From Atractiella rhizophila (taxonomy: Eukaryota): a DNA stretch of 64,000 nucleotides. The notes below the pieces were generated by a model that worked only from the letters and a program-made list of their open reading frames with translations, had not been told where the DNA came from and did not search any database. The first letter of the stretch is position 1; the number at the start of each line of letters is the position of its first letter. Below, piece by piece: positions 13,161 to 26,006 of this stretch. The position numbers were made by a program, and so were the translations under genes. Location: contig MU271272.1 of assembly GCA_021432655.1 (NCBI GenBank), positions 1-64,000 on the forward strand. Reading direction: 5' to 3'.

Positions 13161-15257
13161 TCACTGATCGAGACAGACGAGCATGAGCTGGATTGGTTGG
13201 ATGAGAAATGCTGGACGTAATGCGCTTGAATCCCCTGTCAGCGATAGAACCGAAAAATGAGGACGAAAGGAGACGTACAGATACTTGTACAGATTAACTA
13301 GAGACAAAGAGCACTCAAGGGGTCGTTGAGAAGCTTCACGAGATCCGAATTCCTGCACAAAATTGTATTTTCTAGTGACTCATTTTTGTGATAGATACGA
13401 GCTCACAGGAGCAATGGATCCCTGGTGCTCCGTAACCGTTTGAGACGACAAGAAGGCGTCGTAACGACGAGAAAGGGGCTGTTTAGTGCATTCAGGAGGA
13501 TTTATCACTGAAAGATTGGTCGGAAGACGCACATTCTCTGGGGGTTCTCCACGGAGACGAAAGCCTCGAGGTTCCTCCTATTCTCCAGCGAAAGAGGGTA
13601 GAAGACAACCTATCATCACAACATCGTCAACATCGCTCACTATTCGTTTGGATTCACATATAACGCTCCAAATCGTCCTTGGCAGGAGCGAGTGGAGAAG
13701 GAGAAGGAGCAGGACACCAACCTTCGACACCTTCCTCTCCCTCACGATCCTCTTGAACTGTTCCACGCTTAACGCACCCGTCATCGCCACGATGCGCTCA
13801 CCACCGCCACCCATCCCACCTACCACAGCGACGCCAGGACCGGTCACTGCATCCAATCGCTCGGTCTCGCGCAGGACATCCAAAACGTCCGCCCCTCGTT
13901 CAAGCACCACAGGGGCAGTTTCCTCTTCAAAGAGGGCGAACTGTTGCTCCGTGAGCTTGGTCGAGTCGCAGACGAGGAGGGTGATCGGTGTCGACGTCGA
14001 AGTCGATGCTGCGTCTCCTTTCTCGTTCATGCCCGCCGCTCCTGGAGCAGTGAGAGTGGCGGTTGCGGTGGGTAGGGAGCAGAGGGAGGTGAGGAGGTCG
14101 TGATCGTCCGCTTGGTTGGCGGAGGTGAGGGCGAAGGTGTAGATGGGTCGAATGGCGTTAGGTTGGAGCGGTATCTCAGTTGGAACTCCATTTTCTGCTT
14201 CCGCTTCCTCTCCTTCTTTGAATGGGAGAGAACAGGGAGAGTCCAGAGGGGAGGGAGCAGGAGAGGGAGAGGCGGAGGGAGGAGGCGTAAGAGGGGTCTT
14301 CGTCCTGGAAAAAGGGGAGTCGTCGCCCTCTTCCATGGAATCAGAGTCCTCAAAGTCCTCCGTACCCGAGGTCACCATCCTGTCCTCATCCTCATCCTCT
14401 TCCTTCTTCTCCCTCACCATCACCATCTCCTCCACTTCCACTTCCGCTTCCCTCATGCTTCCTCCATTGACATCCCCATCTCCAATGGAGAAAGGCAAAG
14501 GCAAATCGACCCCAAACGCCTCCTCACCCAACACACATAACTCCTCCCCCTCCGTCCCACCAACCACATCAACCTCGACCTCGACCCCAATTTTCTCCCT
14601 AACCAAAGCGCACAACTCCCTCACCGCCCCCTCCGCGACCTCAAGGTCCCTCTCGAGCCTCATATTGTGTTCCGAAGCGAGCACGACGCGTTCGAGGAGT
14701 GCGCTGCACTCTTCGTCTTTCCTTGTACAGTGACTCTGTAACTTTCGGTTGAAGGTCTCGAGGTACCGGATGCGTGTTCGGAGACGCGTTTCGGTTTGGG
14801 AACGCGCGGTGTTGTGTGTTTGGGAAGCGTGCAGGAGGGTGTGGATTTGTCGACGGGCTTCTTGTAGGTCTGAACACTTTTGGAGGTACTCCTCTGCTGG
14901 GACGTAGGAGCTGTTCACGTTGGGCTTTTGAGGGTGCGGATGCGGTGAGGAAAAAGAGGAAGATTTGTAATAATCGTTGGCTGGTTCTTTGAGACTCGGA
15001 AGAAGCTTGATGAAAGGAAGAGACTGATTGATACCCTGGAGGCACTGATGATGGATATTGAAGAGACTTACAAAGTCCATGGTACGCTTCATCGCTTGGA
15101 ATTCTTCACGCAATGGTTTGATAGTAATTCGATCGATACGTTCCTGCTCCGACCATCAGCTCTTGAACAGTCGCTTGAATGAAGAGGAAGATGAAGGGAA
15201 GGGAGAGACCTGAACGAGGTCGCACAGTTCGAGGAAGCTGATTTCGACTCCAACCAT
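13161..15257 (-). CDS. Hypothetical coiled-coil/acidic protein; shares N-terminus with the neighbouring gene
   Basis: 511-aa ORF 13578..15113; exon 1 MVGVEISFLELCDLVQ | ERIDRITIKPL; further splice-like signals down to about 13161; 3' end uncertain. Confidence 0.6.
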
Positions 15258-15789
15258 GTTTACTAGATCCACTCAGCTTGGACGAACTGAATGATTAGAT
15301 TTTGAGGCGATTAAATGATGACTGATTGAGTGATTTATGATGCCAGTCACGATGGGAGGTGCTGGAGGCAAAGGAGGCCACAATAAAATAGGGAAGATGG
15401 GCGTGTTTGAGCAGATTTCGCCTGGACATGTTGGCATATTGCTGTAAACAAATACACTCCATTGCAGAGAGCGATCTCTCCGAAGGTCTTCTTGGGCAAC
15501 GCCAACAACTGATCTTTGCGAATCTTTGATCGTGTTGGGCGGCGATAAGGAATTACGTAATTCCTTATGAGTCATGTTTATTGAGTCACAATAGTTCCTA
15601 ATTCGGAACCTTGTTTTTTCTTTTCTTCCCTTTCTTCTCACAACATCATCCCCCATCCACTCCCCTCCCTATCCACTATCCATCCCATATCCCATCACCG
15701 AATCAGCACTAGGAATATTACCCACAGTACCAGCATACCAGAGTCACTGGTGGACTGGTAACCGATAACACCGCACGTGACGGGGGAGC

Positions 15790-18700
15790 ATGCGACGCAC
15801 CCATCAGCCTTCTCAGCAGCATCAACCGAGCGTCATGCAGTCCATTCCCCTCGCCAACAGCTTCATCATTCCCCCCGGCCAAGCGCAGGGCCATCCCGGT
15901 GCCATCCGCCAAGGGGTTCCCCAACAAGGCGTCCCCCAAGTGCCACAGGGGGTCGGGGTTGGCCATCCCCAGTACATGGTGTACGCCTCGGCCGCTCCAC
16001 ATCCCTCGTTGAACCAGGAGATGTTGAAGCGCCCTCATCCGCCTTTCCAACTCCCACCCGGTCACCCACCGCAGCATGATATGGCGGCCCCGTTCCAACA
16101 CCCCCCACCCACCACCACAGCCGCCGCGGCTAGTCAGAATCAGAACATGGGAGGAACCCCAGCGAACGCTCCGTTCCCTACGATGGCCATCCAGAACTCG
16201 CACAACCCGCAATCATCCCCCGCAAATCCGAACATGCATCCCCCGACCCCGATGATGCAGCAGCAGCAGCAACAGTTCTTCCCTCCCGCTCAGCCGATGC
16301 AGCAGGGGAATGGCCCGCCTCAGAACCCGAATAATCCGAACAACCCGCACGCTCAGCCCCCCATTGGACTCGCTAATCGTCGACAGGGTATGGCGCCCAT
16401 GCCGGCTTTCGCTCAACAGCCTCAACCCCAATCCCAACAGCCCCAGCCTCAACAACAACAGCAACAGCAACAACAGCAACAACAACAGACAAACAACATG
16501 GGTCCTCCCCCCCTCCCCAACCAGAACCCGCAGCAACAACAACCACAACAGCAGCAGCACCATCAACCACCGACGTTGCATCGGACGAGCTCGATGTCCC
16601 AGATGCCAAACGGGGTCATGCCCGTCCAGATGAACGGTTCGCAGACATACGCCAATCCCAATCCGAACCCCAATCCATCCAACCTCACCCTGATCAATCC
16701 GTCCGGCGCACCCCCCATGGGTATGGGGCTGGGTCCCAATCCCTCAGCCACTACGACCGCAAGTGGCACGGCGCCCCCAGGCTCAGGTTCCGGTTTAGGG
16801 CCGGGAACGGGAATGGCGATGGGGATGGGAACGATGGAAGAGCGCGAGTTCATGAGCGAAGTAGAGAAACAGCATCTCGTCCATTCTCTCGTCTACGACA
16901 CGCTCGTCAAAGCCGGCCTGCTCCACTCCGCCAAGACATTTGTGGACGAGTATCCGAAGGTGTTCCCCTCCTCTCGTCCCGACATCAAGAGGGACAAGGA
17001 CGGAAGCAGACTCTGGCCCTGGAGGGAGGAAACGAGTAGATACAGTTGGGCACCCCATGCTGATTTCTTGAAGGAGGCGGCGATGGGAGGTGCGGATAAG
17101 AAGGATAAGGATAAGAGGCCTAGCACCGCGACTGGTGTTGTCGACGGTGGGGTTGGGAACGATTCTAGTTCGGGTTCGGGGAATGCGGGTGGAAATGTGG
17201 GGAATGTGAGCGGTGGGGGAGGGACGAATGCCAACGCCCACGATGGCAGGAGCTCGGCCTCGATTTCGTTGCAGAGCACACCTCAGAATCCGCACCAGCA
17301 ACTTGAGTTTCAACTCCCTGTTCCTGAGGTTCAGTTCCCTGGGTGGGGCGGTGGAGCGGCGGCAGCTTGTCCGGAGGGGTATTTGGTCGATTGGATCACT
17401 TTTTTCGTCGATATGGCTCATGCCCCATTCCCTAACGAAAACGGTTACCCGGCTCATAAGATGACACCGTCGGAGTTGATGTTGGAGACGACGAGCAAGT
17501 ATCAAGCGATGTTATTGAGCAGGAGGGAACATGTGCGTTTCCGTTCCCTTCAATTTCTGCTTCCTCAAATGTGAATGATGATGTGACTGACGATGTCACG
17601 AATGGGATGGATGTACAGGTGGAAAAACAAAACCAAAATCCACGCATGGGACCTCAAGTACCAATGATGGGAATGCAGCTGCCATCCGAATTCCGCAACA
17701 CTTTACGACAAGATGCCCTCGCTGGCAACTCGGCTGCATTCGCCAATCCCGCCGAGGCTCAGAGGCTCCTCCAACAGCCCCGTGGCCCCATCGGAACCGC
17801 CGGTGTCGTGAACGCCTTGGGTCAGCAGCAGGGAGCACAGGGTCAGAATCCGAATGTGAATGTGCCCGTTCCTGCTTATCATCAGAGTACGGCGACGCAA
17901 CAGAGGATGCAGGGAAGACCAGACCAGATCACTCCTTCTGTAAGTTTCTTCCCTTCTCCCCTTCTCTATGTCCGACGTGTTGAGAGTTCTGACCGTTGCC
18001 TCGCCCCGTTCTCTCTCTCACTCTCTTTCCCTCCGAACATTTTGCACGTTCGTCTCCCTCCCCTAGGGTATGAATTTACCTCGTCCCCCCATACCGGGTG
18101 CACCGGGGACGCAAAACAACCCGTGAGTGGCTCCATCCTCCCTACTCGCTCTGCTTCGTGCTGAGTGGATTCTGATTGGACGAACACAGGATGCCACATT
18201 TTTACCAGCAACCGCATCCAGGCGCAGGACCTCAGCAACAGATCAACGCGCGTCAAGTGGTCCCACTGCCGCAGAGGAATGGAAACCTCCCGCCGGGCAT
18301 GAAGCCTGGTGAGGTTCAAGCATCGCCTGGTAAGCGACTCAAAGCTCCGCCCCTCCCCTCCAACCCTATCCTCCGACCCAAATGTTATTACTACCGCGCC
18401 CCTATAACTGACCGTGACATGACTGTGAATGCTGACCTGCGCGGGATGGGCTAGGTCAACCATCGATGCAGCAAATGGGTGCCCCACGTCAAATGCCTCC
18501 AGGATACTCCCAACCCCCACTCACGGATGGCAAGCCCCAGTATTGGCACCAGCTCGGATCACTGAAGGAAGGGGAGTCAAGCGACCTCGGGATGCCCAAC
18601 GGCCCAGGAGGCATCCAACAGAGACCTCAATTCGCTCCGCAAGGCCAGCAACATATGATCCAGGGGATGATGCAGCCTCGAATGGGACAACCAGGTGGCC

Positions 18701-19347
18701 CTGTAGGCTTCCATCCCCAGAACGGACAGAGACCACTCGGCCAGCCTCCATCTGGACCAGCTGGCGGAGCGCAACAACCCACTCCGGTCGCGGGATCGAT
18801 GCCTCCCCCTCCTCCGCCTGGTCCTGCTAGATCGTCCCCGAACAACGCGAATCCATCTTCTGCACCTTCACCAAAACCTCAAGCGAAGAAGCGGTCCGCA
18901 CCAGTGGATGCGCCGAGCCCATCGAAGAAGAAACAAAAGAAAGAAGCCTCTACTCCCTCCTCCGTCCCACCCGCCGCTACACCGACCCCAGCACCCGTAG
19001 CCCCTACGCCCGCCTCGCAACCGGTCGCCCCAGCTCCATCCGCTCAGGTGCCGCCCACAACGTCCGCGACGACTTTGGATGGGATATCGACTGACTTCGG
19101 TGCGTTCGGAGAGCCGCCAACTTCTCACATGGGTCTGTCGGATATGGGACTCGGAGTACCGGACACGACAATGATGGGCATAGGTGGAGACTTGGACTTG
19201 AACGGAATGGGAGGGATAGGCGACTACAATTTCGACTTCGACCTCGATGTCCTTCTCGCTGGTATGCCAAACACTTATCAGGAAGCCATGCCCGCGGATA
19301 TCGATGCGTTCCTCAATGAGTCAGCGGGAGAGGGTTTCCAGTCTTGA
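15790..19347 (+). CDS. Q/P-rich transcriptional regulator with LisH/LUFS-like domain (Flo8/Som1/SSDP-like)
   Basis: LVHSLVYDTLVKAGLLHSAKTFVDE (LisH-like) and PEGYLVDWITFFVDMAHA (LUFS-like); basic KKRSAP..KKKQKK segment; acidic-hydrophobic C-terminus; several introns. Confidence 0.7.
16449..16488 (+). repeat. CAA/CAG polyglutamine tract
   Basis: Imperfect (CAA/CAG)n run encoding about 13 Q. Confidence 0.85.
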
Positions 19348-20459
19348 GGTCCCTCGCTTACTTGCGATGTGGACGGAATTGTTCATAGGCGTGGTTAGTT
19401 TTGTGGAGGAATTGTTAGCAGATCATTTTTTACAGTATTTGAGTAGGCTTAACGTAGTGAAATGTTGTTGATCAATCTGTGATCGCAAGTTCGAACCATC
19501 TGTGCTTTTCCTGTTTTTGTGGCACAAACAAATCAAAATTCAAACTTAGAACCCTTCCATATACTCACGAACTACTTCTTTGGCTCTTCTTTCTCTCCAC
19601 TTCTCTTCTTCTCCTTTTCTTGGAGCTTCCGACAGCGACTTTCCGGTCTGAAAACTCATTTGCATTAGGACTGTTGATCACTTGTGAGCTGCTTCATCCC
19701 GAATCTCTGGGAATGCTAGGGTTGACTTGATATTATAGGATTCGTTTTTGTGGACCAGTGTCTCAATGCACTTGGCCATCCACGATCCTACAGCCCCTTC
19801 AATCGATCGAGTTCGCTTCCTCCCCACAAATCCGCTCAACCATTACCTCGCCATCCCTTCCCCACAGAATTGCCAAAGAATACGATCTCCTCTCGCGTGC
19901 CCGGATGTACCCCATGCGAGCATGCATCGCATCTCTCATCGGGCGCTTCCTCTAATCCGTACCCGTCGAATCCAAATCTAAATCCTTACTCATTTCTTGA
20001 TCGATCAGTGCTCATTCATGCTCATTTTGGGAATTGTCATCTTCATCGCTCAGCTTACAGTGACCGGTCCAGGCCGAATTACGATCGGGAAGGGAGGTTC
20101 ATCATGAATACATTAGTCAAAGATTGTATTTTCAGCCTTACAGTAACATTTTTGAATTTTTCTTGATTTTTCTGTGCGGAGCAGTGTTCAATGTCCTCTC
20201 AATGAGTTATCGATCGAATAAGTCTATTATTCCCCTTTGAGTGTGCCGTCTGTTCATAGGAATATATACGTGCCAACCCGGCTGAAATAACCAATCTGTA
20301 AAGCTGTCTCCTCCACAACTCCACAAAAGAGGTTCCTGCACCATACTGAAGAGCCGCTAAATCCATCGGTTAGCCTAGCACCAGCTGCCCATCGCAATTG
20401 AGACTTGAACCAATGCGAAACTAGCACGTGAGAGCTTGACTCTCTTCGACTCTTCGACG

Positions 20460-23400
20460 ATGGATGTCGACGAAATAGCTTTTGAATCATACTCAAAGAG
20501 CGGCCAGGTTGACGATATTGCCTGGTCGGAAGATGCTAGTGGAGGAGGAGGTCAGTTTGCGCTAGAGAGGTCTGATTAAATGAAACGCTGACAATCGACA
20601 TATGTGTAGATGCCATAAAAGCCCTTCAAGACGCATTGGAGCACATATGGCTGGTCGAGGGAGATGAGGGGAGAAATTCGTCCGACAGATTCCTGAGAGT
20701 GAAAATTGTGATTGGAAGCTCATCAGAGCGGCTGGAGGTCTTAAGAGCTCTGCGTGATGCGACGGTAGGGAGTAAGGAACTGAAGAGTGAACTTTTGAGA
20801 CGTTCGACCCTCATGGACAGGTAGCATTTGTTTCTTTCCATTGGCTGGAGACTCATATTTATCTTCCCAGTCTTCTTAAATATATAAACTTGCGTAGCCC
20901 GTCCTTCGACGATGACACTGAATCCACTCTTCATCAAACAAGACTTTTGACTTCTGGGATCTTCCTCTCCCTTGCGAACAGTGAGTTTCTCAGCAGATAC
21001 TGACGTTCTGACAACATCTCCGCACAGTGGAAAATGCTCAACTCCTGCTGTGGAAACCATATCACAGCCACTTCTTGGACGCTTTCCGACGTTTTCAGGG
21101 CGACAAATATATCTTCTCGACTCATTCGCATGTGGATGACCGCAAGGAGGCAGAAGCGCTGCTGAGGACGATCAGACTGTTGTACGGCAGCATTCAGTCG
21201 CTTGGCGATGGTGATCTTTGGGGGATGGGTCTCCTACGAACCATCATCCTCCCGTTGTCGATGGCTACTTTGCCTTTTGAAAGTACCAATACCAATGATG
21301 CTGAAAAGAGAGCTTTGCAGCCAGGAGACCGACATGCTCTTCTGGAGGGTTATAATAGAGCGATGAGCGCTTTACTCCAGGTCCTTCTTTTACCACATTA
21401 GCAAGAGCTCATCTCTTTTCCTTACAGCCAGAAATTTGTGAGATGTTACGTGCAATTTTTGAGCGGTGCTGCGAAGACAAATGGACATCTGCTCGAGAAT
21501 CCCAGTTATCGCAGCTCCTGAACCTGACAGAACCAGCCTGCGACATCATTTCAACCTGCTTTCGCACAGCACAACAGCAAAATCACCTATTGGACAAAGG
21601 GTCTCTGATGCCATTTAAAATTCTCGACGGTTTGTTGCAGCTAGCAGACTCGAATAACGCCAAAGTATCCCTTTCAACGGTCCAGGTCGCAATCTAACAT
21701 TTCCACAAGTTGACAGACAAAGCCCTCGCAGCGATCGCCACGCTTATACGAGACAATCAAGATGCAAAGTGGTATATTGTACATCTTAAAGGTGAGGATT
21801 CATTTCCTAGCTACGAGCCATGTCTGATCCCAGGTCAGGTCCTAGTGGACGGAGTTGCCTTGAGATTTTGGTCGACTTATCACGACACAGAGCTGTGACT
21901 ACTCGTTTAACAGCTAATCTCTGGTATGGCTTGGGTTTTCATTTTCCAATGCTTGACGCTCCTGTTCAGTCGGATACATATCATTAAATCTCTGCCACAA
22001 TTGTATTCGGACGAGGATGCTCGCAACATTCTCGCAGTCTTTCAAACATTGTTCGATGATACCCACAACTCGTGGGAGTTTGGGGAAACGGCAGCCTCGT
22101 TAGGTATGCAGTTTATTATAGTGTTATGATTCGTTCTCAGAAGGCTAGTTTAGCGCTCTTCCTTCAAGGCAGTCATAATCTTCAAACAATTGCATTTGAG
22201 CTTAACCTTGCTGAACCGCTCATGCAATTCTTGCTCCAAGATGAGGCCGTGGAAGATGTGGAGATTTCAGAGGCGTTGAGAGATCCCATTCGAGAGGTAC
22301 GGTTGATGCAGTTTGACTCAAAAGCTCACACAAGATCACGCACAGGCATCCATCCTTGCATTATCAAGCATGATGCTGACGTCAGATACAATCCGTTCCA
22401 GCTTCGTGAAAGCAGGGATTATGCCGATCCTCATTTCCTCCGTTCGTTCAAGGAAGGCTGGTCTTATAGCGGCTGCCCTTCAGGCGATCAGAATTCTGTC
22501 ACGCTCGACTACAATCCTTCGCACCACACTCGAGGACGAACTTCCGATTGAATGCATCATGGATCAGATTGTCGATGGAAGAGATGACGCGGTTAAAGCC
22601 ACTGCTCTGGCCGCATTGTGCAACCTCGTGACAGCCTATGCACCGATGAAAAAGGTACACAAATGCCCTCTCCTTTACAGTCAGCTGAGGTTTTACAGCA
22701 CTTTATCGAACGGAATGGTCTCCAATTGCTCGATCGAGGACTCCTGTCCACATGCTGTGAGGTCAGAAGATACGCAATGCATGCCTATTCTAACGCTGCA
22801 GCTTTCTGTCCTTTCCAAATTAAGCAGCACATCGTGGCGACAATAACATGGGATAGGATCGAAATGTAGGTCGTTGCCACAGCTTCTGCAATATGAATAA
22901 CAGAAGTTTAGCCTTTGTCAAGATCCCGATGACTACGTGAGTTCCACATCGTCCGCAAAGGCTCACTGATGTCTCCCTAGGTCTGTTCTTTCGCCTTGAA
23001 TTTGCTACGAAACCTGGCATCAGGAAAGGAAAACCACATCACTTTTACGGTGCAAGGGCTTGGTCTTAAACGCATGCTTGACCTCATAGCACGCTACATT
23101 GTTCCCGCTGAAGGAGAGCGTGGCCGATGCCAAAACGAGGTTTGTTCAACCCTTCTGATTGCATATCTGAACTTCGCTGAATAGGCGCTCTGGGTCCTGT
23201 CTAACATTTCTCAAACTTACTATCAACCCATAATCGAGTACCCAGGCATGGTAGCAGGAGTCCTTCACTATTTTGTGTGTAACGTGATCAAGAAAAATAA
23301 TCCCCTAATATGTTGCAGGATCGCGGCCGCGAAAACACTCGAAATGCGGCCGTATGGTGCTTGCATAACCTTTCAAAAATACAAGGTATATAAATGTTCC

Positions 23401-23572
23401 GCAAAACCACAGCCTTACAATAGGAGTAGGTCGCGTTCAAATGCCTGCCCTCGTCATTTTCGAAGAGTTGAGAGTCAGGTCGACTCTGGAAAAATACGGC
23501 GAAGACCCGGACGTTGATATTAGAGAGCGAATCAAGGACATCCTGCAAATTATGGATTGGACGGAGCGGTGA
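20460..23572 (+). CDS. Armadillo-repeat protein, possibly ARMC8/Vid28-like
   Basis: Many short exons; ARM-like segments AALQAIRILSRSTTILRT, ATALAALCNLV, LNLLRNL, ALWVLSNI, AVWCLHNL. Confidence 0.65.
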
Positions 23573-23686
23573 TGCACAGTATTTGAGGCAGCGCTACGGC
23601 ATTTAGCTTTTGTATTGGTCTCGGTACTGTATTTTCTGTCGCATATGGGAACCAAGTTTGCAGTATTGACAAGAGTACTTCCACAT

Positions 23687-25625
23687 TCAAGTTTTGACGA
23701 ATATTTTCCAGTTTCCCTGAACATAACGCTTCGCGCCAAGAAGGGCGAGCGCGCCAGTAACGTAGCAAAGTCCTGAGAAGATCTGAGTGTATGTATATAC
23801 GTCTCTTCCGGTTCTGTGAAGGACGGTGGCGGAATAGTCGTTAATGTATTCAGCTATCGCCTGCGCGAATGTGCATGGAATGACTGTCACAACACGTCCC
23901 GTCAGCTCTTAGCTCGATATTCCGACACCAGGCCTGACAACTCACCGATTGTAATCCAAAATACGGCTAGAGCGCTTCCAAGATCGGAGACGCCTACAAC
24001 CTCTGCTCCCACAGGCCCTGCCGCTCCCCATAAAACGCCCCCTGTCGCGCCTATATTACTTCGGTCATTATTTCAGTACTTAGACGGGGCAAACCACTCA
24101 CCTTGCAGGACTGCAAACACAAAAAGTGCAGCTGAACTATCGCTGAAGATCCATATCAGGAGGACGGTCAGTCCTGATGTAAAAGTGATCACGGCCGTCA
24201 TGTTTATACGTCCACCAATATCCAAAATGAATCCACATAACGGGCGACCGACAAGTGCGCCAGCACTGAGAGACGACTGGATCGCCGAAGCTGTTGACTA
24301 TGTGCGAAAGGGAGTCAGTTAAGCATGTTGTAAAACATGTACATACCTCAGACAACCCAAGAGCTCTAGTCGCAAAAGAAGCAACCGAGTAGAGGCAAAG
24401 CACATAGGCCAGAGACGTGAACCATGCCCAGATGAGTACGAAGGAGAATCCGGGGTGAATGAACCACTTTGGTCGGAAAGTTTCGAATTTGGCGTTTACA
24501 GCTTTCCGTCCTAATTCCGGTAATAATCAGAAAAGTCGACAACGAGTAGAGGGCTTGCCAACCTTTGAGGAGAAAAACTCCCGGAAGAAGACCTCCAAGG
24601 CTGACACAAGCATTGATGATAAATGCAACCTTTAAAGAAATATTCTCAATAGAAGCCCGAGTGCTAAGCGCCAAAACTAATCCTCCGAGCCCAGAACCCC
24701 CCGCAACTAATCCCATGGCTGCACATAGAGTAAACAACAGGACTGCAGGGAAGAGGAAATGAACCCACCTATCCCTCTCTTTTTGTGAAACCAGTGCGTG
24801 GCGAGAGGCGACACGGGGACAAACGTGAACCCTAGCCCAATGCCGAACATGACGCCTTGGGTAACGAAGAGATGCGCAATTTTTGTGGAATAGGCAGCCC
24901 CAAGTTGAGCACAAAAGACGAAGGTGGTCCCCAATATGAGTGGGACTCGAAAATTCCACTTCGAAATAAGGAAGTTCGCTAAAGGAGCAACCAGCATTGC
25001 TATCGATATTGAAAGACCACCGACATAGGCATAGTCGATAGAAGTTGCACCGGGGAAGAAATTGTTGTTTTTGTAGAAGGACAGGTACACCCCCTGTGGC
25101 AAACTATCAGCTTAGAACTGCTTACGGCGACAAAACGGACGAAGACGGCATTAATGCCCCATGTCACTGCATTGGCCAGCGCGGAGCAGAATACGACAAC
25201 CCAACCTGTCTCAAAAGTATTGATCAATATCATTTAGTGCCAAAGGAAAAACATACCGTAACCTCCTTCCTGTGAGCCCAACAAACAGTTAGCTTTATTA
25301 TTCAGATGGAGATCGACATCGATGGAGGGATATAGACGGGAATGAAGGTGGAAACACCAACATCACTCGTTCAGATGTACTATCACTAGCTAAACATAGT
25401 GGGTATCTGAACTAACGAGCGAAAAAGTGAGGAAAAACTTACGGGGAAATCATCCTTTCCCGACGGAGGCGTCAGCTGTGTTTCTCCTGTCCCATCGGAT
25501 GGTTCAGCCTCAAACTTCTTCTCCCTGTCTTCCTGCAACTTTTGACTGCCTGGTTGCTCCAGCTGCCCAAAATTGCCGCATTCCTCAGCACCCTTCTCCA
25601 TATCGTGTTCTTCAAACTTCTCCAT
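23687..25625 (-). CDS. MFS monocarboxylate-type transporter (MCH/MCT family)
   Basis: GWVVVFCSALANAVTWG, YAYVGGLSIS, TQGVMFGIGLG, WFHKKRG.AMGLVAGGSGLGG; multiple transmembrane segments and many introns. Confidence 0.88.
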
Positions 25626-26006
25626 CTGTTCGGCCGTAGATTCCTGCTCAAATCACACAAGCTGAAGTAGCAAGAGGAGAAAGAGGCTTGAAGAAGAGAA
25701 GGACTGGGTGACTGGGTGGAGAAGGGAGAAGGCCTTTATACTAGTTTTAGGTGCAACGCCGCGAGCCGAGTTCGACGGCAAAACAATCAAGTTTGGCAAG
25801 GCTTGCCGTGGGGTCACGCGAAATGTTCGCCAGCCATTCGTGACGCCAGCAAGCACGACAATAATGATGAGCATAAACAAGACAATAACAAATTCTATAC
25901 GCGATATAGGAAGATAACATACACACAGCGCCCAGAAAGAACAAGGGGGAATCGACAGTTCATGGATGTCCATCATGATTGTGAAAACAATAATAAAGAG
26001 TGATCG

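Noticed and set aside
19480..20200. Possible small minus-strand gene between the LUFS and ARM genes
   Set aside because: Could not assemble a consistent spliced reading frame.
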